A stretch of DNA of 64,000 nt, from positions 496,001 through 560,000 of the forward strand of contig JASTWF010000237.1 in NCBI GenBank assembly GCA_030390025.1, written 5' to 3'. How positions within the stretch are numbered: the first letter of the stretch is position 1; the number at the start of each line of letters is the position of its first letter. Source of the stretch: Squalus acanthias (lineage: Eukaryota). Under the pieces are notes generated by a model, which worked only from the letters and a program-made list of their open reading frames with translations, had not been told where the DNA came from and did not search any database. Shown one piece after another: positions 37,956 through 50,609 of this stretch. A program made the translations under genes and the position numbers.

Positions 37956-40365
37956 AGATGGATCTTAATGGAGCTGTTGTAAACTAAGGGACAGATAATT
38001 GCTGGAACAGGCCCCATCAGAAGCAGTGTTGTTGGAGAGTTCGCTTCCTTTACCTTCTACTGAAATGGTATTCTCGTACTAACGGAAAGGACAGTATTTC
38101 TAGTAACCAGCAGTCTACCTACAACTTAACATAGGGTAAAATCATTTTGTACATGGAGTTTTGTAAATAGTGTTTAATGTGACCTTTAATTGCAGATCTT
38201 CTGGCCTTGAATATGGTTAATCGTTTTAACAATTATTAAACAGAGGCTGGATGTTTTTTGCTTTTTGAGCCATAGCTTATTTCTGTTTCTCTTTTTTGTC
38301 AGAACAATTTTGCACACTTCAGAAATCCTACTGGTAATAGTCATTTTCACAAACTATGCACCATTTCAGTTTATAGACATTTAGCCATTTGTTTTTCAAG
38401 ATTAGATGTATTTTTTAAGTTAAGGAAATAAAATTAAGTTTTGAAATATCATGATATAATAGCTGATGTTTTATGTTTATTTCCTACTTCTAATAAGTCA
38501 AACATCTATAGACCCAGGGAGAAAGTAATAATATTTAAGACAACATTTAGCAAAGTCGAAGTAACTCTCTTTATTCGGATCAGAGGATAGGGAACTAGAG
38601 ACCTTCATGGATTCTGGAAATCTTGAGACTTGCTGAGCTATGTTTCTGCGCAGACATTCTCTCTCATAGTTTTATTTGGATTACTCTTTTAATCAGCGGT
38701 TGAGTTCTGTTGTTTCTCTCCCAGAAAAATCGCAGTTATTAGTTTTTCCACTTGGAATTTACCAAGTTTGCTAACAGAGATCCGAATTAGACAAAACTTC
38801 AGGGGTTTTTGGTATTCTGTTCCCATTTTTTTCACCTTTTTTTTCCCCCCAATTTTGCTTTAAGTGGATCTAATCATGATGAGTTTCTGTTGGGATTCTC
38901 AGGTTTTCGACAACAAAACCTTCTGGCCTAGAAATTCTCTTGCTATACTTTAAAGCTGTTGTTTATGACAAAACAGTATTAGTTATGTTGCAGTCAGTGA
39001 ACGAAAGTTAAAACTGGCCTTCCTTGCTGGTTCTTTATTAACAATGGGCATCTGTGCTATCCTAACGCAATATTTGCCTGCGGTTTTTCTACAGTTGCAT
39101 AAGGTATGATTCTGTGGTTGTGATCTGAGTGAAGTGTAGGTTTGTCAAATGCACTGATTTGCTTTGCACTGCAGTTTTAATGCTTGGGCTCTTTTTTAAT
39201 GTGGACTCGTTTTTTGCTTTCTGAAACTTTTTGTATTGTTTTTAACGTGTTTGTGATTCTAAATGAATGCTATGAAACACTTTGATTGTGTAACACTGTA
39301 AGTCCTTGTTAAGTAGCAGCTTTTCTTTAAACACTGCCATTAATTTACCAGCCTTACCTCAATAAACCCAACTGTGCTGCGGCCTCCTTTTAGACTGTGA
39401 TCCACACGGGGAGAAATCAACATTCAGTACTGTATTTGCAGCAGATACAAAAAATTTGTGCTTTAATGAATGGCAGCTGATCAACAAAAACAACATATGC
39501 TAGCAGGTTTATACACGATGTATATAAATTTTCCTTTTGAAAATGTTTCTTCATTTCCAGTGCAAAATAAATGCTGCCTAAAGTCAGGTAGGGCTTGGGT
39601 GTTCAGATTAATAATGTCAGTGTTTAGAATGGCATGTTTGTCTTTTTTGTGTGGAAAACCTGTTTCGCGTAGTACCTCATAACCTGTGGTGTAAAACAAG
39701 TGTTCGGACTCGTTGGCGCTATTTGAAATGAACAAAGTGCTTCAAAGACTTTGAACAACTGATTTTCAATCCTGCATGAGTTGTGTGCTGAACTCTTTAG
39801 TCCAGGAAAGCGTGATTATATTTTCTGTGTCTATTCTGTAGTGATGATGTAAAAGCATTCTGTCATCATTTCTGTAAAAATACTAGGCATTTGCCATTTC
39901 TGTACTAATATTGATTGCGTTTAAATGTCTAGTGGAGCTCTGTGAACTTAAAGATGATACAAAGGCACTCTAGTTTTCGAGGATGAGCCTATGTGCAGAA
40001 CAGAGCGAAGAGCATTATGACTAGTATGACTAACCATCTCCATTTCATTTATTTGCATTTTGCTCTGAATAAGTAAAATATGGTAACATTGTACATATAA
40101 GCTGCAGAACTTCCACCCAAATGTTACCACTTAAAAAAAAATTTGGAAACATTTAACTTTTCCCCAGTTGTAATCTTAATCTTAATTTTATTTTTAATTG
40201 TGTTGGAGATTTAAACCACTGTTCTAAAATATTTAGAAATAAAATCTTCCTGTATTTATTGTAGACTTGTTTCCTGTATTTACAAAGGGAGGTTTACAAT
40301 TTGGTTTATTGAGTCTGTATTAATAATGTAACTTGTTAAATAAAATATCTGTTTTAACTGACTTC
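37956..40365 (+). other. MVB12B: Probable MVB12B 3'UTR
   Basis: Repeat-poor, U-rich sequence after the stop codon, with TGTATTTA motifs near 40250-40280 and AATAAA at 40238 and 40339. Repeats resume at ~40400. The end point is inferred. Confidence 0.55.
40339..40344 (+). promoter_or_regulatory. Candidate distal polyadenylation signal (alternative at 40238-40243)
   Basis: AATAAA preceded by TGTA elements and followed by T-rich sequence. Confidence 0.45.
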
Positions 40366-40404
40366 TTATTAGACGAACACACTCTCATTCTGGCGTATAA
40401 GCAA

Positions 40405-40950
40405 GAAAAAAAAATTCCATTCCTATCGCACCTTTCACATCCTCAACATCCCAAAGCACTTCGCAGCCAATTAATTCCTTTTGAATTACTTCTGTTTTGT
40501 AATGGCGCGCACAATTTGTGCACACATTCCCACATACAGCAAATGAGATAAATGGCCAGTTAAACTCTTCGTGTTAGTTGACGGAAGAATGTTGACCAAG
40601 ACACCAGGAGAACTCCCTGCTCTTTTGCAACCACCTGAACAGGCAGAAAGGGCCTTGGTTTATTGTCTAATCGCAAGTATGGCACCTCAGCAACAACAAC
40701 TTACATTTATATAGCACCTTTAAGGTAGTTAAACGGCCCAAGGCACTTCAGAAGTGTTATAAAACAAAATTTGACACCGAGCCACATAAGGAGAAATTAG
40801 GACGGATGACCGAAAGCTTGGTCAAAGAGGTAGGTTTTAAGGAGCGTCTTAAAGGAGGAAAGATGCACTCCTCAATACTGCAGTGAAGTGTCGGTTTATT
40901 GTGTCCTCAAGTCCTGGCGTGGGGCTTGAACTCTCAACCTCCTGACTTGG
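40405..40950 (-). mobile_element. Minus-strand DeuSINE with a nested L2 3' end (~40690-40863)
   Basis: Reverse complement of the SINE head (caagtcctggcgtggggcttgaac) and tail. The nested piece begins caacaacaacttacatttatatagcacc. Confidence 0.7.
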
Positions 40951-43406
40951 AGACAAAAATGTAGTCTGACTACGTTGGGATTAAAGAATCGGGAGGATAT
41001 TTTTCGAGGTTTTTCTTTACTTGTACTTCACACATCACAGAAAAGATGTCTGGTCAGCCTGAGAAATAGCAGGAATGCCTGTCCCTTGGCAGAGACTGGG
41101 CCACAGCCCTGCGATATTTACATTTTCTTGTACTATATAAGCAACTATCTTCAGTTTCTTTCTCCTGATAATTGTTTTGCTCTGTTCTGCAGAATAGATG
41201 GAAATTTTGTTTTAAAATCCTACAATATCTATACAAAGTTTAAAATACTGACTTTAAAATTAACTATTACAAGTGGGGAGTCTTATTCCTTCAGGTTTTG
41301 AATTTTTCGGGGGATTTTAAAAATCTCAAATTTTAAATTAAATGTTATTTCTTACTTTTCCTTTCTCACTTTTTCTCTTTTAATCCAATCTTTCTTTTCT
41401 GCTTTCTCTTTCTGTACCTGATTTGACTTTGAATTAACCCACTCTAATTCACCCTCCTGGTCAGTCCTTGCGCTGTTTATTTTCCAATCCTTAAATCCCT
41501 GTTGGGTGTCCTGTTCACTCAGGTCCCAGATTCCCTGTTTCCCTCACTGCCATTATCAGCTCGCACTTTCAGCAACTTTGTGGGCAAATATTTTTTGAGC
41601 TGAAGGGTGCAGGGGGCAAGTCTAAGTAACTAACGGCAGATGCCATTAAATGCCCGGCTACTGCAAATTCTGGGCCGTGATCTCCAGGACCTCTTGATTG
41701 TAATTGGGTGAGTGTGAGATCCATTTCATTTTTTTGAAAGAGGTAAAAGACTTCAAAGGCTATCAGAATGGAGAGAACTTCAGCTGCTTTCTAAAAAAAA
41801 AAATCACCAAGATCTTATATCAATGGTGGCATATGCCCAGAAACTGTCTGTGCCTTTGAGATTCTGCTGCCTGCAAAGTCCTCGGTTATGTAATTAGGCA
41901 TTTAACAAGCACAGAAGTGTGATCCAGCCTCATGAATGTACTGTACGCAGGGAAGTGATTAGCCTCATTGGCACAAAGTACACTCGCACTCTGTCACTGA
42001 TCCTTGAGATTATAATGAAAAGCTATAGGAAAGGACGAGTTGAGGGATTCATCCATTTTTTGTATACTGGTTAGCGTTTTTTTGAGTGAAAGTCATAATG
42101 GCACAGAAGGAGGCCATTCGGCTCATCGAGTCCGTGCTGGAAGTCGATACAGTATCAATCCTGTATTCCTTCACTGTGGGGTTATTTCTGGGTGCAAGTG
42201 CGTTTCCTTGGACGTTTTAGTTTAAAGCATGTTTTACATACATCCCTAGTTTCTGGAACACTGATCTATTTGTACAGTCTGATTTAAGCATCTATGGCCA
42301 CCATCTTACTTTTTTTAATGGAGTCGAAAACTCGTGGAGTATTTTGATTTCTCTGAATAATTCTACAAGCATAGCCTCTCCACAGAGCCTTATATTCCTT
42401 CATTTGATCTAACAAAATAGAATACACATGATGTAAGTCAAGTCCCTTGGAGCATGTGTGTTGGTGCCCATGTATTGGGACAGATTGCAAGTTGTGCTTT
42501 CGTTGTGTTTCGGTTTCCCCAGCCTGTTGAGGTTTTGAGATATTTTAACACAAAAACAATGAAGAAAATTCAGTTCCATGAAAACGTTGCATTGTGGCCT
42601 GTGTATTTTGAGGAATCTTTCATGTCCCAGGAGAATGGCTCCGACAAACCATAAATTTGGGGGGAAAAACTCCCCCCCCCCCCCCCCCCCCCCCACTGTG
42701 TAAATAAAAATCAGATTGTTAATTTGGGTAAATTTTTTGGTCAGATTTGTTTTATCTCAATAAAAAGATTGATCTATTCATCCAGCTAGCTAGATTGTTG
42801 GGCATGAGTGCTGTACACATCCTGCAATGTGTGTTGCAGTTCAAACGATGACAATGTGTGTGATGACCCATTGTGGAAAACTTTCATTCAATCTTACCAA
42901 ACGCATACTTGTCCTGGTTTTATAGAGCACAAAATAGATCTTTAGTTACAAAGGGATATGTTTCTTTACAGGTTTTAAAACTTTTCCAGAGAAAGAGAAA
43001 GCGATGCATCAGACTTATGGGTAAAGTAATAAACATTAGCCTTTCAATAAAGTTTCAAAAGTTCTGCATCAGATTTTATTTCTAGTACATGATTCTGGTT
43101 ATTAATGCTTACCTATGCTGTTATTTGGAAGTCTACTTTTTAAATGTTGGTGCTAATAAAATTTTCTCACTCTCCTGGCCCCCCCCCCCCCCCCCCCCTT
43201 ACCTTAACTTGAACTCAGTCTGGAAGCAAAGACTAAACTGAAGCAAGGAATAGCAAGTGATAAATTCCACCAGCTTTGTGCTTTCTGTTAAAATGTTCTC
43301 CTTTGTAAAATATTGTTACCCGAGAACAACCACCTCGATAAAAGAAAGTCATATCCTTCTGCATAGATTTGGCAGGAAATGGTTAGTTCAGAACGCAATT
43401 AGCTGA

Positions 43407-44133
43407 ATCATAGAAATTTACGGCACAGAAGGAGGCCATTCATCCCATCGTGTCTGTGCCGGCCGAAAAAGAGCCACCCAGCCTAATCCCACTTTCCAGC
43501 TCTTGGCCTGTAGCCTTGTAGGTTACGGCACTTCAAGTGCATTTCCAAGTACTTTTTAAATGCGATGAGGGTTTCTGCCTCTCCCACCCTTTCAGGCAGT
43601 GAGTTCCAGACCCCCACAACCCTCTGGGTGAAAAAAGTTTTCAACTCCCCTCTAATCCTTCTACCAATTACTTTAAATCTATGCCCCTTGATTATTGACC
43701 TCTCTGCTAAGGGAAATCGGTCCTTCCTATCCACTCTATCTAGGCCCCTCATAATTTTATACACCTCAATCAAGTCTCCCCTCAGCCTCCTCTGTTCCAA
43801 TGAAAACAACCCCAGCCTATCCAATCTTTCCTCATAGCTAAAATTCTCCATTCCTGGCAACATTCTCAAAAATCTCCTCTGTACCCCTCTAGTGCAATGA
43901 CATCTTTCCTGTAATGTGGTGACCAGAACTGTACACAGTACACTAGCTGTGGCCTAGCTAGTGTTTTATCCAGTTCAAGCATAACCTCCCTGCTCTTAGA
44001 TTCTATGCCCCAGCTAATAAAGGAAAGTATCTCGTATGCCTTCTTAACCACCTTATCTACCTGTCCTGCTACCTTCAGGGATCTGTGGACATGCGCTCCA
44101 AGGTCCCTCTGTTCCTCTACACTTCTCAGTATC
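43407..44133 (-). mobile_element. CR1 LINE 3' part
   Basis: YCVQFWSPHYRKD, LGLFSLEQRRLRGDLIEVYKIM and FFTQRVVGVWNSLP motifs plus a CR1 tail. Confidence 0.9.
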
Positions 44134-44545
44134 ACTATTTCTGCTAGTAATCCTTTGTTTTGATGTTGGGCCCTTGCACAAGATTAGAGAAATTTGAGTT
44201 CATATTGTAGTTAATTGATACATTGTTAATCGTTGACATATAAGTTCATATTTTTGCATTTAACTAATGGCATTGAAGATGTAAATGACCTGCTGACCCC
44301 CAATACAGCTGCCGGCATTGTCTTTCCAACTTTAGTATTGTTATAATCATCTGTGTTCCATCGCAAAAGAAGCTCTGAGACCTATTGGATATTACACAAC
44401 CCCACTGACTGAAGCCCACAATATTCACTCAAAATAGATTACATTACTTAATAGTTGCATACTGATCCACTGTCTGCAAATAAGTCACCAATAATTTGAG
44501 CACAAAATATCAAAACTATTTTAAAATACTATGTGTAAATGCACA

Positions 44546-44985
44546 ATGACAAAGCAGCCCGCTTGATTGGTACCCTATCCACCACCTTAAACATTCCCTC
44601 CCTCCACCACCAGCGTACCGTGGCTGCAGTGTGTACCATCCACAAGATGCACTGCATCAACTCGCCAAGGCTTCGACAGCATCACCCAAACCCGCAACCT
44701 CTATCACTTAGAAGGACAAGGGCAGCAAGCGCATGGGAACACCACCAAGTTACCTTCCAAGTCACACACCATCCTCACTTGGAAGTATATCGCTGTTCCT
44801 TCAGCATCGCAGAGTCAAAATTCTGGAACACTCTCCCTAACAGCACTGTGGGAGTACCTTCACGACACGGACTGCAGCAGTTCAAGAAGGCGGCTCACCA
44901 CCACCTTCTCAAGGGTAAGTACGGAGGGGCAATAAATGTTGGCCTTGCTAGTGACGTCCACATCCTAGGAATGAATTTTTTTTAA
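44546..44985 (+). mobile_element. Non-LTR retrotransposon 3' fragment (CR1 superfamily-like)
   Basis: KAARLIG...SLHHQRTVAA...WNTLP...LQQFKKAAHHHL, a LINE ORF2 C-terminal pattern. Confidence 0.7.
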
Positions 44986-46609
44986 TCCAGAATTTGTTGA
45001 TCAAATATGTTTAAGTTGACATCTGGAATTCATCCCTTCACCAGCCATCATTTTCTATACCTACAAGATCATTTTTCTCTATTTGTGGAAAAAATGCTCC
45101 ACGCCAGTCAAGCTGACTGAACCCCAGGAATGAACAGATCTTTAGTAACGAAGGTAAAGTCACATGACATGAACTGGAGCACTGCATGAAGATAATTTGC
45201 ATGTTCTGATGTGTAATTATGCAGTGTAAAAAAAAGTCCTGCAGGAAACGAACCCTCAACAGCCAGCCAAGGTGTATTATTTTAAAAAGTGATTTGCGGG
45301 TAAACCGATTATCTCGGCATGTACTCGTGCTGGTAATCACTTAATCATTTCTTGAACTGAATCTCACTTTTATTTGGTAAATTCCAGCTGTCTTTTGTTT
45401 TTAACTCTTGACTCCAGGGCAGCTGCCTCTAGACTGGCTTTCTCTAAAGTTTTTAAGTTCACGGGCTGTGACGGTAATATATTGATAAAGTCACTCAAAT
45501 ATTGGAATGACATTACTGTAATATTAACTGAACTACAAAGATAAATGCTTTAAAAAATAATTTAAAAATTAGAACACATTTCTGGTGGTCATACCACTCT
45601 TCGTTCCTGTTCTGTCCCAGTCTCTCATGTTTGACTTGAATTTTGCTTTGTTTTGTATCGAATTTAATAAAATTAAATATTCTAACCCCTTTTCCCTTTA
45701 TAAAACATGTTTTAATTACTTTTAGTTCCCCTTTTTCTGCCCAAGCGGGAGGTTGGAGATAACTTCCACTGACACCTGGCTCCCTGTGAGGGCTCTTCAG
45801 ATAATAGGACACCATCAAGGGCAAAGACTGAGGGGCAACCAGCCCACTCTCTAGAGGATATCCCGCTGTCGCGAATGATCTGGCCGCGATTCCAGCAGCC
45901 ACATCCCACCTGCAGGAGGAGATTTGTCTGCACCCCGATAATTATCTTGTTTAAACTCATTCTTTCCATTTATCATTATTTCCCTTCTGTTCAGTTCTTT
46001 GAAACACTGGCCGCGCGCAATCCTTTGCCCAAAAGCCTCCTAGCAGTTCAATACTCAGGCATTTCTGGTCCTGACTCTGAATAATTTAGATTTGTCTATT
46101 CAAAGCAGAATCTGTTTATAGATTATAATCTCGTGGTGACATGACCTATATCTTTTTTGTTTGTTTGTAATAACATTGGGATTCTTTTTAAAATCCCCTC
46201 CTTAAGTTTGATCAGAATTAAGTTTGCTCCCTGCTTTTTTTATCTCCCAATTGTTAACCTGCTCCAGTATTTTTTTTGTTGCAAGAAGTCCTTTCTCAGT
46301 CATTTCCGCCAGTCCTCACACTGCACCCAAGCTTAGTTCCAAAGGGTAAACTCCACACAGACCAGGGTTCCGTGTCCTTGCTTGTCCCCGAGGCAGGACT
46401 CTGACTCTCTCACGTGTCAAAAGAGTTTGCAAGAAATGAGAATTTCACTCTCACTGGTGAGGTGCGCGCCTGTATGTGTTGTTATTGCGGCCGTGAACCG
46501 TAAACTGTTGCACTCGGGACACAGAAATGGTCGAAAAGGAATTGACATTCAAAGCGCAGGGGTCACTTTAACCCGAACGGTACGAGTTTAGAAAAGTAAA
46601 ATCAGGGGA

Positions 46610-46775
46610 AGGCTGGAAAGACAAGTCAGCATTCGTGGGGAGAACAGAGAAGTTATTCGGTTACCGACCCTCGGTACACAACTTGTCTCCACAGATGCTG
46701 ACTGACTGACTGACCTGCTGACTGCTTCCAGCATTCTCCGCCTTTTGTCTCAGGTCTCAGGCATCTGCTGCAGCT
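46610..46775. mobile_element. Degenerate Penelope-like inverted repeat
   Basis: gctggaaa...cagcattcgtggggaga and tctccacagatgctg...gacctgctga...ttccagcatt. Confidence 0.55.
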
Positions 46776-49028
46776 TTTAACTGGTGCTGGTTTATAGGTC
46801 ATTTTAACCCCAAAAGGTACCAAGTGTCTAGGCTGAAATAGTAGCTGTTAGGTGTTCATTTTTAAACTTTCACAACAAATGAATTTTAAGGGAGGCTTCT
46901 GATTTCAGCATTCCACTTCTGTCGACACGGCTCACTGAGGACTTTCCTCCGAACATCGATGAGCAGCCCCCTAGTCAGATCTTATCTCACATATGATAGA
47001 TCGTGCTTCGGGCACGAACGGTTGCTGTTGTCGAGGTGCGTGTTGTACACGCACGTATAGGTATCCCCGGAGACCACTGTCAAATATTCCCATCGTAAAA
47101 ACCACGCTTCCAAATAATGCTTTAATTATCCAGAAAGACTGTTCAAGTTGGTAGTTAATGACTGTTGGTTTTTAACGGTTACATTTGTACTTACTTCAAG
47201 ACACAGAAACCACAAGTATTACCCCAGCTGTGGGAGGGCTTTTCAGATGGTTTCATTTTTCTGCATGTGTAATCTGCTTTGTTTTATGATTGAAAATTTC
47301 CTTGGACCACAACATAAACAATGGATGATGCCGGGTCTTTCATTTCAAAAATTAGTTATGCTTTATGAAACGTCGTCAGACAAATTGTCAGGTTCTGTAG
47401 TCAACATCTAAACCACACCCTGTGGTTTATAAGACCCTGTTAGTTAGGTATTCATAGCGCTATTTTTTTTTAACCCTTTTAAAAAACTTTTTAAAATCCA
47501 AACTGTAAAATTGTTCCCACGAGCTTTGTTCGTGCATTTTAATGCATGTTTGAAATAAGACAGGTTTTCTTTATTAAAGTTAATAGGTAATGATCTCATC
47601 TGCTTTCAATATTTATAAGGGTATAGAAGGCCATTAATTCTGATAGATTTGAGCAGAACCATCTGTTATTTCTCTCCGGTTGATGTGCTTTGCTTTAAAT
47701 GTACCTTTTTGCCAGTGAACACAAGACTTATTAATAATAAAAAAAATCAGTTGCTCAGAAAAGTTCATTTATTCAGATGTCTGCCTAGAGTTACATTTGA
47801 GCGTTTCCAAAGAGCTGATAGAAAGGCAACTGGAAAGGAGACATTGATTTTACTGCGAAACAGTCCCAGTGATGAGTAAAACATGTTTTAGTCTAAGTTT
47901 GGTGGAAGGTATGTTTATTGAATAAGAACACGGAATGAGTATTTTGAAACACCTGGGTGATGTGTTCTTTTTCTTTAAAATGCCAACTGGCAACACTTTT
48001 GATTCTGACTTTTATACTGAACTGCATGTCCAGGGCACTCACTGTCGCAATGTATCAGCTGCTGCCCAGATTGTTTACCTTGGGGACTGGTGAAGTGGGA
48101 GTCTGCACTGACACATTTAGCAACATGCTGTTTGTAGTGGAAAGCTCTTGAAGTGTAGACATGTCTCCAATTCTAGCATCGGGATTTCAATCGACCAACA
48201 ACTGAATCGAGCAAGCACTCCCTTTCGAATGAACTTTGAGCTGGTTTTGATCAATATATATATATGTATATACCTGCAATCTCACTGTAAAACCTCACGT
48301 TAATTTACTGGTTTTCTGTTAACATCAGGAAGAGGAAACCAATAATTCCAGAGTTAAGTGAGTTATTCTCTCAGCCGTTTGAGCTTCAAAGGGCCACTTG
48401 GGCGGTAAGGCTTAGAAGTGGACAGCCCCACTTATTGTAAAGCCTGGGCTTTCAAGCCGCTCTGTGCTGGTCACAGTGAGGTGGGGTCGACGTTACTCTG
48501 GGGGAAGCATTGCAGCCGGGCATGGTACCTCTCTTGGCTAATAGACCTATGTTGCCAAAGCGGTGGCAATGCTGTGGTTTGACAGTAGACAGGTGGAGGG
48601 CCCGGAATGAAGTCGACCTGAGCGAGGGGAGTCCCAGATGAGACCTGGAGCCATGAGTGAGTTGAGCATCACCTGGTTAGACTGACGGAGTAGTATTTTG
48701 TAAATGCCACACGAATGGTGTAAAATGATAACGGCCTGGTGATCGAAGTGCCTCCATGAAGGTTCTGACGGGCATGGAAAGCCCTTTAACACGCGGTCAG
48801 TTTGAGTGAGTGAGGTCGCTTTCACCTCCCTCCACACGTGTGCGGCTGCCACCTTTAGAAGCCCCTCCTTCTCCCAGCGAGTCCTGCTGTTGGAAAATGA
48901 GTCCAGGCCCCAGTGCAGCAGCAGTGGGTCACGAGGGAGCCTGGTCACAATTTCTACTTTCCTGACTTGCCCTCCTTAAAATGGAATGGAATGATTTAAC
49001 TTCCCCGCCAGGCCCTGTTCATAGCCAG

Positions 49029-49302
49029 TTGGGGATTGCCAAACCTCCAGGATTGGCCTGGAGTCTCCAGGAATTGAAGATTAATCTCCAGGACACTGCT
49101 GGGAGCAACCCGGGAGATAAAATCATAGGGACATTAGAATCTTGTGTGTTTTTTTTCCATTTTCTTTGAGTATTTTTGTTTATTAGTTATAACATATTGG
49201 AATATGGGGAACAAAGGCTATTTGACTGGGCTGGATAGTTGGAGGCAAGGCGTCATCTGATGAAACCTCCACCAACACATCCAATCAATGTTGACAACCC
49301 TA
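49029..49302. mobile_element. hAT (Blackjack-type TIR) MITE
   Basis: Ends (t)ggggattgccaa / ttgacaacccta. 8-bp TSD ATAGCCAG (49021-49028 / 49303-49310). Confidence 0.75.
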
Positions 49303-49371
49303 ATAGCCAGTGGTGTTAAACAGAGTTTGGCATCTTACTGAGTCATGGAATGACAAATGATAAAATGCATT

Positions 49372-49513
49372 GAAATAGCAAAATACTGCGGATGCTTGAA
49401 ATCTGAAATAACAACAGAACATGCTGGAAACACTCAGCAGGTCAGGCAGCATCCGTGGAGAGAGAGAGAAACAGAGTTAACGCTTCAGGTCGATGACCTT
49501 TCGTCAGAACCAC
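49372..49513 (-). mobile_element. Penelope-like terminal-repeat insert with a hammerhead motif
   Basis: 12-bp TSD ATAAAATGCATT (49360-49371 / 49514-49525). The minus strand reads GTT-CTGACGA-AAGGTC-ATC-GACCT-GAAG-CGTT-AAC. Confidence 0.8.
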
Positions 49514-50387
49514 ATAAAATGCATTAATTGTCTTCACATCTGAGGTACCTGTGTATCATAGGATTCTTCCTTTCTGTCATGGTACATGTGGGTTTAAAAC
49601 CAGGTAATTAGAGAATAGTCCTGGTTCAAAGAATGACACAAACATATTCACCAGTCTGGAATCTATCTAATCCTGTGGTGCTCCAAGTGTCCAAATGAAA
49701 CAGTTTAAACAAGTGAAGTTTTTTGAATTTCCAATAACTTCTGTCAATTACTTCCGATAAGATTTTTATGATAGAATTTTTGCAGCCTTGTGAAATTCCA
49801 TCCTTCGAGCACCATTTGTCCCAATCTGTCTCTGACCGCATGCTAAAGCTGTTGTTAGCTGTTTGGGTACTGGATGTACTTTGCAGCTTGTAAAACGCAG
49901 GCATGTTTTCTAGCATGTAACATGTGTGAAGATAATATTTATAAGATTGGTAAACATTTCTTAAAGGTTGACCCGTGAGATAAACTGGTCAAGTGTAAGC
50001 TCAGCTTCCCAGAGTTTGGCAGAGATGTTTCCTAAAAGCCATTCTTCAGGGATTTGCCCTGCTGTTCAAATTTCTTAATCACACTATATTAGGAGTTTCT
50101 CAAGAGACTAGTTACCAAATTGTGTTGTTCGTTTTGTTTTGAAATTAAGCTCAGGACCAGATACATTTAATTGCAATCGGCAAAGAAAAACTACTTTTTC
50201 TATTAAACTATTTCGTAACCATCTTGTTTATCCACTACCAAACTAAGGTGTGGTGAACCACGTTTAGTTAGAATGGTTTCGACAGGATTGAAAAACATTT
50301 ACAGTTCAAGTACGATCCAGGACTCGAGCCAACCATCCCACACTTTCTTCCAGCGAATGACATTTGCTGTATCTGTGTCAAATATGT

Positions 50388-50609
50388 ATCTGTGTCCTGG
50401 CCAATATTTATCCCTCAATCAGCATCACTAAAACAGATGATCTGGTCATTATCACATTGCTGTTTGTGGGAGCTTGCTGTGCGCAAATTGGCTGTGGCGT
50501 TTCCTACATTACTACAGTGACTGCACTCCAAAAGTACTTCGTTGGCTGTCAAGCGCTTTGGGACGTCCGGTGGTTGTGAAAGGCGCTATGTAAATGCAAG
50601 TCTTTCTTT
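50388..50609 (+). mobile_element. DeuSINE 3' half
   Basis: Near-identical to 34453-34670. Confidence 0.85.

Noticed and set aside
42672-43198. Long poly-C runs as functional G-quadruplexes
   Set aside because: Such homopolymers occur throughout the window, and nothing specifically supports a function.
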